NCBI GenBank assembly: GCA_002189035.1
Contig: NEEC01000136.1
Location: forward strand, 25,330 to 89,329
Reading direction: 5' to 3'
Length of the DNA: 64,000 bases
DNA from: Utricularia gibba
Lineage: Eukaryota > Plantae > Magnoliophyta
Below are positions 1-11,495 of the stretch, in pieces. Position 1 is the first letter of the stretch. Each line of letters starts with the position of its first letter. The position numbers and the translations under genes are program-made. The notes under the pieces were generated by a model, which saw only the letters and a program-made list of their open reading frames with translations, ran no database searches and was not told where the DNA came from.

Positions 1-3000
1 GTTGTCGGCGGCTGCCCACATGGTTTTTCAAGCAACAGCTTGCCGTTTTAAGGCGGGTGCTGTCGTTGACAGCTTTGTAAGGGCCCAAGGTTTGGTCTGG
101 CTCCTGAGCCCAATCGGGTCCTACTCGATGAAAATCGTGATGCATTTAATGAAGTTAGGATGTCATGAGCGCCCCAAATGGTTTTCTCAAAACCTGATTT
201 ATATTTGACGAGGTGCTCTAGGCTGGCACTAGTATCGAGCAATGGTCGAGTCGCGCTCTGGCCATAGTCATTTGTAGCCTGGTCAAAAAAGCGATGCATT
301 TATTAACGTTGGGTTTTCGGCGGCTGCCTACATGCTTTTTGAAGCAAAAGTTGTCGTTTTTTGGCGGGTGCTGTTGTTGGGAACTTCGTCCGGACCCAAG
401 GTTCGGTCTGACTTCACAGCACAATAAGGTCCCATTCGACGAAAATCGTGATACCTTTATTGAAGTTAGGATCTCATGACCGCCCAAATGCTTTTTTCAA
501 CAGCATGCTTTAAACTTGAGAAGGCGCTTTTGTGGGTCACCGAGATCGGGCCGGAATTCAGGTCGGGCTTGGGGGACAAAGTCAGCTGTAGCCCGTCAAA
601 AGAAGTGATGCATTTATTAACGTTGGCTTGTCGGCGGCTGCCCACATGGTTTTTAAAGCAACAGCTTGCCGTTTTAAGGCGGGTGCTGTCGTTGGCAGCT
701 TTGTAAGGGCCCAAGGTTCGGTCTGGCTCCTGAGCCCAATCGGGTCCTACTCGATGAAAATCGTGATGCATTTGCTTTTGTTAGGATGTCATGAGAACCC
801 AATGGGTTTTCTCCACACTCTACTTTATATTTGAGAAGGCGCTCTCGGGGGGTTTAGGGATTGGGCCAGAGGTCGGGTCGGGCTCACGCCCATAGTCAGT
901 TGTAGCCCGGAAAATAAGTCATGCATTTATCAACGTTGGGTTTTCGGCGGCTGCCTAAATGGTTTTTCAAGCAACAGCTTGCCGTTTTAAGGCGGGTGCT
1001 GTCGTTGGCAGCTTTGTACGGGCCCAAGGTTTGGTCTGGCTCCTGAGCCCAATCGGGTCCTACTCGATGAAAATCGTGATGCATTTAATGAAGTTAGGAT
1101 GTCATGAGCGCCCCAAATGGTTTTCTCAACAACCTGATTTATATTTGACGAGGTGCTCTAGGCTGGCACTAGTATCGAGCAAATGGTCGAGTCGCGCTCT
1201 GGCCCATAGTCATTTGTAGCCCGGCCAAAAAAGTGATGCATTTATTAACGTTGGGTTTTCGGCGGCTGCCTACATGCTTTTTGAAGCAAAAGTTGTCGTT
1301 TTTTGGCGGGTGCTGTTGTTGGGAACTTCGTCCGGACCCAAGGTTCGGTCTGACTTCACAGCACAATAAGGTCCCATTCGACGAAAATCGTGATACCTTT
1401 ATTGCTGTTAGGATCTCATGATTACCCCAAATGCTTTTTTCAACAGCATGCTATACACTTGAGAAGGCGCTTTTGTGGGTCACCGAGATCGGCCCGGAAT
1501 TCGGGTCGAGCTCGGGCCCAAAGTCAGCTGTAGCCCGATAAAAGAAGTGATGCATTTATTAACGTTGGGTTGTCGGCGGCTGCCCACATGGTTTTTCAAG
1601 CAACAGCTTGCCGTTTTAAGGCGGGTGCTGTCGTTGACAGCTTTGTAAGGGCCCAAGGTTTGGTCTGGCTCCTGAGCCCAATCGGGTCCTACTCGATGAA
1701 AATCGTGATGCATTTAATGAAGTTAGGATGTCATGAGCGCCCAAATGGTTTTCTCAACAACCTGATTTATATTTGACGAGGTGCTCTAGGCTGGCACTAG
1801 TATCGAGCAAATGGTCGAGTCGCGCTCTGGCCCATAGTCATTTGTAGCCTGGTCAAAAAAGCGATGCATTTATTAACGTTGGGTTTTCGGCGGCTGCCTA
1901 CATGCTTTTTGAAGCAAAAGTTGTCGTTTTTTGGCGGGTGCTGTTGTTGGAACTTCGTCCGGACCCAAGGTTCGGTCTGACTTCACAGCACAATAAGGTC
2001 CCATTCGACGAAAATCGTGATACCTTTATTGAAGTTAGGATCTCATGACCGCCCCAAATGCTTTTTTCAACAGCATGCTTTAAACTTGAGAAGGCGCTTT
2101 TGTGGGTCACCGAGATCGGCCGGAATTCAGGTCGGGCTTGGGGACAAAGTCAGCTGTAGCCCGTCAAAAGAAGTGATGCATTTATTAACGTTGGCTTGTC
2201 GGCGGCCCCACATGGTTTTAAAGCACAGCTTGCCGTTTTAGGCGGTGCTGTCGTTGGCAGCTTTGTAAGGGCCCAAGGTTCGGTCTGGCTCCTGAGCCCA
2301 ATCGGGTCCTACTCGATGAAAATCGTGATGCATTTGCTTTTGTTAGGATGTCATGAGAACCCCAATGGGTTTTCTCCACACTCTACTTTATATTTGAGAA
2401 GGCGCTCTCGGGGGTTTAGGGATTGGGCCAGAGGTCGGGTCGGGCTCACGCCCATAGTCAGTTGTAGCCCGGAAAATAAGTCATGCATTTATCAACGTTG
2501 GGTTTTCGGCGGCTGCCTAAATGGTTTTTCAAGCAACAGCTTGCCGTTTTAAGGCGGGTGCTGTCGTTGGCAGCTTTGTACGGGCCCAAGGTTTGGTCTG
2601 GCTCCTGAGCCCAATCGGGTCCTACTCGATGAAAATCGTGATGCATTTAATGAAGTTAGGATGTCATGAGCGCCCCAAATGGTTTTCTCAACAACCTGAT
2701 TTATATTTGACGAGGTGCTCTAGGCTGGCACTAGTATCGAGCAAATGGTCGAGTCGCGCTCTGGCCCATAGTCATTTGTAGCCCGGCCAAAAAAGTGATG
2801 CATTTATTAACGTTGGTTTTCGGCGGCTGCCTACATGCTTTTTGAGGCAAAAGTTGTCGTTTTTTGGCGGGTGCTGTTGTTGGGAACTTCGTCCGGACCC
2901 AAGGTTCGGTCTGACTTCACAGCACAATAAGGTCCCATTCGACGAAAATCGTGATACCTTTATTGCTGTTAGGATCTCATGATTACCCCAAATGCTTTTT

Positions 3001-6000
3001 TCAACAGCATGCTATACACTTGAGAAGGCGCTTTTTGTGGTCACCGAGATCGGCCCGGAATTCGGGTCGAGCTCGGGCCCAAAGTCAGCTGTAGCCCGAT
3101 AAAAGAAGTGATGCATTTATTAACGTTGGGTTGTCGGCGGCTGCCCACATGGTTTTTCAAGCAACAGCTTGCCGTTTTAAGGCGGGTGCTGTCGTTGACA
3201 GCTTTGTAAGGGCCCAAGGTTTGGTCTGGCTCCTGAGCCCAATCGGGTCCTACTCGATGAAAATCGTGATGCATTTAATGAAGTTAGGATGTCATGAGCG
3301 CCCCAAATGGTTTTCTCAACAACCTGATTTATATTTGACGAGGTGCTCTAGGCTGGCACTAGTATCGAGCAAATGGTCGAGTCGCGCTCTGGCCCATAGT
3401 CATTTGTAGCCTGGTCAAAAAAGCGATGCATTTAACGTTGGGTTTTCGGCGGCTGCCTACATGCTTTTTGAAGCAAAAGTTGTCGTTTTTTGGCGGTGCT
3501 GTTGTTGGAAACTTCGTCCGGACCCAAGGTTCGGTCTGACTTCACAGCACAATAAGGTCCCATTCGACGAAAATCGTGATACTTTAGGATCTCATGACCG
3601 CCCAAATGCTTTTTTCAACAGCATGCTTTAAACTTGAGAAGGCGCTTTTGTGGGTCACCGAGATCGGGCCGGAATTCAGGTCGGGCTTGGGGGACAAAGT
3701 CAGCTGTAGCCCGTCAAAAGAAGTGATGCATTTATTAACGTTGGCTGTCGGCGGCTGCCCACATGGTTTTTAAAGCAACAGCTTGCCGTTTTAAGGCGGG
3801 TGCTGTCGTTGGCAGCTTTGTAAGGGCCCAAGGTTCGGTCTGGCTCCTGAGCCCAATCGGGTCCTACTCGATGAAAATCGTGATGCATTTGCTTTTGTTA
3901 GGATGTCATGAGAACCCCAATGGGTTTTCTCCACACACTCTACTTTATATTTGAGAAGGCGCTCTCGGGGGTTTAGGGATTGGGCCAGAGGTCGGGTCGG
4001 GCTCACGCCCATAGTCAGTTGTAGCCCGAAAATAAGTCATGCATTTATCAACGTTGGGTTTTCGGCGGCTGCCTAAATGGTTTTTCAAGCAACAGCTTGC
4101 CGTTTTAAGCGGGTGCTGTGTTGGCAGCTTTGTACGGGCCCAAGGTTTGGTCTGGCTCCTGAGCCCAATCGGGTCCTACTCGATGAAAATCGTGATGCAT
4201 TTAATGAAGTTAGGATGTCATGAGCGCCCCAAATGGTTTTCTCAACAACCTGATTTATATTGACGAGGTGCTCTAGGCTGGCACTAGTATCGAGCAATGG
4301 TCGAGTCGCGCTCTGGCCATAGTCATTAGCCGGCCAAAAAAGTGATGCATTTATTAACGTTGGGTTTTCGGCGGCTGCCTACATGCTTTTTGAGGCAAAA
4401 GTTGTCGTTTTTTGGCGGGTGCTGTTGTTGGGAACTTCGTCCGGACCCAAGGTTCGGTCTGACTTCACACAAATAAGGTCCCATTCGACGAAAATCGTGA
4501 TACCTTTATTGCTGTTAGGATCTCATGATTACCCAAATGCTTTTTTCAACAGCATGCTATACACTTGAGAAGGCGCTTTTGTGGGTCACCGAGATCGGCC
4601 CGGAATTCGGGTCGAGCTCGGGCCCAAAGTCAGCTGTAGCCCGATAAAAGAAGTGATGCATTTATTAACGTTGGGTTGTCGGCGGCTGCCCACATGGTTT
4701 TTCAAGCAACAGCTTGCCGTTTTAAGGCGGGTGCTGTCGTTGACAGCTTTGTAAGGGCCCAAGGTTTGGTCTGGCTCCTGAGCCCAATCGGGTCCTACTC
4801 GATGAAAATCGTGATGCATTTAATGAAGTTAGGATGTCATGAGCGCCCCAAATGGTTTTCTCAACAACCTGATTTATATTTGACGAGGTGCTCTAGGCTG
4901 GCACTAGTATCGAGCAAATGGTCGAGTCGCGCTCTGGCCCATAGTCATTTGTAGCCTGGTCAAAAAAGCGATGCATTTATTAACGTTGGGTTTTCGGCGG
5001 CTGCCTACATGCTTTTTGAAGCAAAAGTTGTCGTTTTTTGGCGGGTGCTGTTGTTGGGAACTTCGTCCGGACCCAAGGTTCGGTCTGACTTCACAGCACA
5101 ATAAGGTCCCATTCGACGAAAATCGTGATACCTTTATTGAAGTTAGGATCTCATGACCGCCCAAATGCTTTTTTCAACAGCATGCTTTAAACTTGAGAAG
5201 GCGCTTTTGTGGGTCACCGAGATCGGGCCGGAATTCAGGTCGGGCTTGGGGACAAAGTCAGCTGTAGCCCGTCAAAAGAAGTGATGCATTTATTAACGTT
5301 GGCTTGTCGGCGGCTGCCCACATGGTTTTTAAAGCAACAGCTTGCCGTTTTAAGGCGGGTGCTGTCGTTGGCAGCTTTGTAAGGGCCCAAGGTTCGGTCT
5401 GGCTCCTGAGCCCAATCGGGTCCTACTCGATGAAAATCGTGATGCATTTGCTTTTGTTAGGATGTCATGAGAACCCCAATGGGTTTTTCTCACACTCTAC
5501 TTATATTTGAGAAGGCGCTCTCGGGGGGTTTAGGGATTGGGCCACGGGTCGGGCTCACGCCCATCAGTTGTAGCCCGGAAATAAGTCATGCATTTATCAA
5601 CGTTGGGTTTCGGCGGCTGCCTAAATGGTTTTTCAAGCAACAGCTTGCCGTTTTAAGGCGGGTGCTGTCGTTGGCAGCTTTGTACGGGCCCAAGGTTTGG
5701 TCTGGCTCCTGAGCCCAATCGGGTCCTACTCGATGAAAATCGTGATGCATTTAATGAAGTTAGGATGTCATGAGCGCCCCAAATGGTTTTCTCAACAACC
5801 TGATTTATATTTGACGAGGTGCTCTAGGCTGGCACTAGTATCGAGCAAATGGTCGAGTCGCGCTCTGGCCCATAGTCATTTGTAGCCCGGCCAAAAAAGT
5901 GATGCATTTATTAACGTTGGGTTTTCGGCGGCTGCCTACATGCTTTTTGAGGCAAAAGTTGTCGTTTTTTGGCGGGTGCTGTTGTTGGGAACTTCGTCCG

Positions 6001-9000
6001 GACCCAAGGTTCGGTCTGACTTCACAGCACAATAAGGTCCCATTCGACGAAAATCGTGATACCTTTATTGCTGTTAGGATCTCATGATTACCCCAAATGC
6101 TTTTTTCAACAGCATGCTATACACTTGAGAAGGCGCTTTTGTGGGTCACCGAGATCGGCCCGGAATTCGGGTCGAGCTCGGGCCCAAAGTCAGCTGTAGC
6201 CCGATAAAAGAAGTGATGCATTTATTAACGTTGGGTTGTCGGCGGCTGCCCACATGGTTTTTCAAGCAACAGCTTGCCGTTTTAAGGCGGGTGCTGTCGT
6301 TGACAGCTTTGTAAGGGCCCAAGGTTTGGTCTGGCTCCTGAGCCCAATCGGGTCCTACTCGATGAAAATCGTGATGCATTTAATGAAGTTAGGATGTCAT
6401 GAGCGCCCCAAATGGTTTTCTCAACAACCTGATTTATATTTGACGAGGTGCTCTAGGCTGGCACTAGTATCGAGCAAATGGTCGAGTCGCGCTCTGGCCC
6501 ATAGTCATTTGTAGCCTGGTCAAAAAAGCGATGCATTTATTAACGTTGGGTTTTCGGCGGCTGCCTACATGCTTTTTGAAGCAAAAGTTGTCGTTTTTTG
6601 GCGGGTGCTGTTGTTGGGAACTTCGTCCGGACCCAAGGTTCGGTCTGACTTCACAGCACAATAAGTCCCATTCGACGAAATCGTGATACCTTTATTGAAG
6701 TTAGATCTCATGACCGCCCAAATGCTTTTTTCAACAGCATGCTTTAAACTTGAGAAGGCGCTTTTGTGGGTCACCGAGATCGGCCGGAATTCAGGTCGGG
6801 CTTGGGACAAAGTCAGCTGTAGCCCGTCAAAAGAAGTGATGCATTTATTAACGTTGGCTTGTCGGCGGCTGCCCACATGGTTTTTAAAAGCAACAGCTTG
6901 CCGTTTTAAGGCGGGTGCTGTCGTTGGCAGCTTTGTAAGGGCCCAAGGTTCGGTCTGGCTCCTGAGCCAATCGGGTCCTACTCGATGAAAATCGTGATGC
7001 ATTTGCTTTTGTTAGGATGTCATGAGAACCCAATGGTTTTCTCCACACTCTACTTTATTTAGAAGGCGCTCTCGGGGGGAGGGCCAGAGGTCGGGTCGGG
7101 CTCACGCCCATAGTCATTGTAGCCCGGAAAATAAGTCATGCATTTATCAACGTTGGGTTTTCGGCGGCTGCCTAAATGGTTTTTCAAGCAACAGCTTGCC
7201 GTTTTAAGGCGGGTGCTGTCGTTGGCAGCTTTGTACGGGCCCAAGGTTTGGTCTGGCTCCTGAGCCAATCGGGTCCTACTCGATGAAAATCGTGATGCAT
7301 TTAATGAAGTTAGGATGTCATGAGCGCCCCAAATGGTTTTCTCAACAACCTGATTTATATTTGACGAGGTGCTCTAGGCTGGCACTAGTATCGAGCAAAT
7401 GGTCGAGTCGCGCTCTGGCCCATAGTCATTTGTAGCCCGGCCAAAAAAGTGATGCATTTATTAACGTTGGGTTTTCGGCGGCTGCCTACATGCTTTTTGA
7501 GGCAAAAGTTGTCGTTTTTTGGCGGGCTGTTGTTGGGAACTTCGTCCGGACCCAAGGTTCGGTCTGACTTCACAGCACAATAAGGTCCCATTCGACGAAA
7601 ATCGTGATACCTTTATTGCTTAGGATCTCATGATTACCCAAATGCTTTTTCAACAGCATGCTATACACTTGAGAAGGCGCTTTTGTGGGTCACCGAGATC
7701 GGCCCGGGAATTCGGGTCGAGGCCCAAAGTCAGCTGTAGCCCGATAAAAGAAGTGATGCATTTATTAACGTTGGGTTGTCGGCGGCTGCCCACATGGTTT
7801 TTCAAGCAACAGCTTGCCGTTTTAAGGCGGGTGCTGTCGTTGACAGCTTTGTAAGGGCCCAAGGTTTGGTCTGGCTCCTGAGCCCAATCGGGTCCTACTC
7901 GATGAAAATCGTGATGCATTTAATGAAGTTAGGATGTCATGAGCGCCCCAAATGGTTTTCTCAACAACCTGATTTATATTTGACGAGGTGCTCTAGGCTG
8001 GCACTAGTATCGAGCAAATGGTCGAGTCGCGCTCTGGCCCATAGTCATTTGTAGCCTGGTCAAAAAAGCGATGCATTTATTAACGTTGGGTTTTCGGCGG
8101 CTGCCTACATGCTTTTTGAAGCAAAAGTTGTCGTTTTTTGGCGGGCTGTTGTTGGGAACTTCGTCCGGACCCAAGGTTCGGTCTGACTTCACAGCACAAT
8201 AAGGTCCCATTCGACGAAAATCGTGATACCTTTATTGAAGTTAGGATCTCATGACCGCCCCAAATGCTTTTTTCAACAGCATGCTTTAAACTTGAGAAGG
8301 CGCTTTTGTGGGTCACCGAGATCGGGCCGGAATTCAGGTCGGGCTTGGGGACAAAGTCAGCTGTAGCCCGTCAAAAGAAGTGATGCATTTATTAACGTTG
8401 GCTTGTCGGCGGCTGCCCACATGGTTTTTAAAGCAACAGCTTGCCGTTTTAAGGCGGGTGCTGTCGTTGGCAGCTTTGTAAGGGCCCAAGGTTCGGTCTG
8501 GCTCCTGAGCCCAATCGGGTCCTACTCGATGAAAATCGTGATGCATTTGCTTTTGTTAGGATGTCATGAGAACCCCAATGGGTTTTCTCCACACTCTACT
8601 TTATATTTGAGAAGGCGCTCTCGGGGGGTTTAGGGATTGGGCCAGAGGTCGGGTCGGGCTCACGCCCATAGTCAGTTGTAGCCCGGAAAATAAGTCATGC
8701 ATTTATCAACGTTGGGTTTTCGGCGGCTGCCTAAATGGTTTTTCAAGCAACAGCTTGCCGTTTTAAGGCGGGTGCTGTCGTTGGCAGCTTTGTACGGGCC
8801 CAAGGTTTGGTCTGGCTCCTGAGCCCAATCGGGTCCTACTCGATGAAAATCGTGATGCATTTAATGAAGTTAGGATGTCATGAGCGCCCCAAATGGTTTT
8901 CTCAACAACCTGATTTATATTTGACGAGGTGCTCTAGGCTGGCACTAGTATCGAGCAAATGGTCGAGTCGCGCTCTGGCCATAGTCATTTGTAGCCCGGC

Positions 9001-11082
9001 CAAAAAAGTGATGCATTTATTAACGTTGGGTTTTCGGCGGCTGCCTACATGCTTTTTGAAGCAAAAGTTGTCGTTTTTTGGCGGGTGCTGTTGTTGGGAA
9101 CTTCGTCCGGACCCAAGGTTCGGTCTGACTTCACAGCACAATAAGGTCCCATTCGACGAAAATCGTGATACCTTTATTGCTGTTAGGATCTCATGATTAC
9201 CCCAAATGCTTTTTTCAACAGCATGCTATACACTTGAGAAGGCGCTTTTGTGGGTCACCGAGATCGGCCCGGAATTCGGGTCGAGCTCGGGCCCAAAGTC
9301 AGCTGTAGCCCGATAAAAGAAGTGATGCATTTATTAACGTTGGGTTGTCGGCGGCTGCCCACATGGTTTTTCAAGCAACAGCTTGCCGTTTTAAGGCGGG
9401 TGCTGTCGTTGACAGCTTTGTAAGGGCCCAAGGTTTGGTCTGGCTCCTGAGCCCAATCGGGTCCTACTCGATGAAAATCGTGATGCATTTAATGAAGTTA
9501 GGATGTCATGAGCGCCCCAAATGGTTTTCTCAACAACCTGATTTATATTTGACGAGGTGCTCTAGGCTGGCACTAGTATCGAGCAAATGGTCGAGTCGCG
9601 CTCTGGCCCATAGTCATTTGTAGCCTGGTCAAAAAAGCGATGCATTTATTAACGTTGGGTTTTCGGCGGCTGCCTACATGCTTTTTGAAGCAAAAGTTGT
9701 CGTTTTTTGGCGGGTGCTGTTGTTGGGAACTTCGTCCGGACCCAAGGTTCGGTCTGACTTCACAGCACAATAAGGTCCCATTCGACGAAAATCGTGATAC
9801 CTTTATTGAAGTTAGGATCTCATGACCGCCCCAAATGCTTTTTTCAACAGCATGCTTTAAACTTGAGAAGGCGCTTTTGTGGGTCACCGAGATCGGGCCG
9901 GAATTCAGGTCGGGCTTGGGGGACAAAGTCAGCTGTAGCCCGTCAAAAGAAGTGATGCATTTATTAACGTTGGCTTGTCGGCGGCTGCCCACATGGTTTT
10001 TAAAGCAACAGCTTGCCGTTTTAAGGCGGGTGCTGTCGTTGGCAGCTTTGTAAGGCCCAAGGTTCGGTCTGGCTCCTGAGCCCAATCGGGTCCTACTCGA
10101 TGAAAATCGTGATGCATTTGCTTTTGTTAGGATGTCATGAGAACCCCAATGGGTTTTCTCCACACTCTACTTTATATTTGAGAAGGCGCTCTCGGGGGGT
10201 TTAGGGATTGGGCCAGAGGTCGGGTCGGGCTCACGCCCATAGTCAGTTGTAGCCCGGAAAATAAGTCATGCATTTATCAACGTTGGGTTTTCGGCGGCTG
10301 CCTAAATGGTTTTTCAAGCAACAGCTTGCCGTTTTAAGGCGGGTGCTGTCGTTGGCAGCTTTGTACGGGCCCAAGGTTTGGTCTGGCTCCTGAGCCCAAT
10401 CGGGTCCTACTCGATGAAAATCGTGATGCATTTAATGAAGTTAGGATGTCATGAGCGCCCCAAATGGTTTTCTCAACAACCTGATTTATATTTGACGAGG
10501 TGCTCTAGGCTGGCACTAGTATCGAGCAAATGGTCGAGTCGCGCTCTGGCCCATAGTCATTTGTAGCCCGGCCAAAAAAGTGATGCATTTATTAACGTTG
10601 GGTTTTCGGCGGCTGCCTACATGCTTTTTGAGGCAAAAGTTGTCGTTTTTTGGCGGGTGCTGTTGTTGGGATTCGTCCGGACCCAAGGTTCGGTCTGACT
10701 TCACAGCACAATAAGGTCCCATTCGACGAAAATCGTGATACCTTTATTGCTGTTAGGATCTCATGATTACCCCAAATGCTTTTTTCAACAGCATGCTATA
10801 CACTTGAGAAGGCGCTTTTGTGGGTCACCGAGATCGGCCCGGAATTCGGGTCGAGCTCGGGCCCAAAGTCAGCTGTAGCCCGATAAAAGAAGTGATGCAT
10901 TTATTAACGTTGGGTTGTCGGCGGCTGCCCACATGGTTTTTCAAGCAACAGCTTGCCGTTTTAAGGCGGGTGCTGTCGTTGACAGCTTTGTAAGGGCCCA
11001 AGGTTTGGTCTGGCTCCTGAGCCCAATCGGGTCCTACTCGATGAAAATCGTGATGCATTTAATGAAGTTAGGATGTCATGAG
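1..11082 (+). repeat. Domain 1: 10-monomer (5-dimer) higher-order repeat, ~1,570 bp, ~7 copies; order A1B1-A2B2b-A1'B3-A3B1-A2B2a
   Basis: The marker GTTGACAGC (ORF ...VVDSF...) recurs in ORFs starting at 2, 1570, 3131, 4676, 6236, 7776, 9345 and 10915, a spacing of 1,540-1,570 bp. The same five dimer types recur in the same order. Confidence 0.96.
9322..10891 (+). repeat. Representative intact 10-mer HOR unit (1,570 bp)
   Basis: Dimer starts at 9322 (A1B1), 9637 (A2B2b), 9952 (A1'B3), 10265 (A3B1) and 10580 (A2B2a), with the next unit at 10892. Dimer lengths are 315, 315, 313, 315 and 312 bp. Confidence 0.93.
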
Positions 11083-11495
11083 AACCCCAATGGGTTTTCT
11101 CACACTCTACTTTATATTTGAGAAGGCGCTCTCGGGGGTTTGGGAGTGGGCCAGAGGTCGGGTCGGGCTCACGCCCATAGTCAGTTGTAGCCCGGAAAAT
11201 AAGTGATGCATTTATCAACGTTGGGTTTTCGGCGGCTGCCAAATGGTTTTTCAAGCAACAGCTTGCCGTTTTAAGGCGGGTGCTGTCGTTGGCATTTGTA
11301 AGGGCCCAAGGTTCGGTCTGGCTCCTGAGCCCAATCGGGTCCTACTCGATGAAAATCGTGATGCATTTGCTTTTGTTAGGATCATGAGAACCCCAATGGT
11401 TTTTCCACACTCTACTTTATATTGAGAAGGCGCTCTCGATTGGGCCAGAGGTCGGTCGGGCTCACGCCCATAGTCAGTTGTAGCCCGGAAAATAA
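11067..11495 (+). repeat. Domain 1/2 junction: chimeric B1/B3 monomer followed by a non-canonical A3+B3 dimer
   Basis: A B1 head (ATGCATTTAATGAAGTTAGG) continues into a B3 tail (GAGAACCCCAATGGG) at ~11082. An A3 head at 11203 then leads to B3 rather than B1. Confidence 0.8.
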
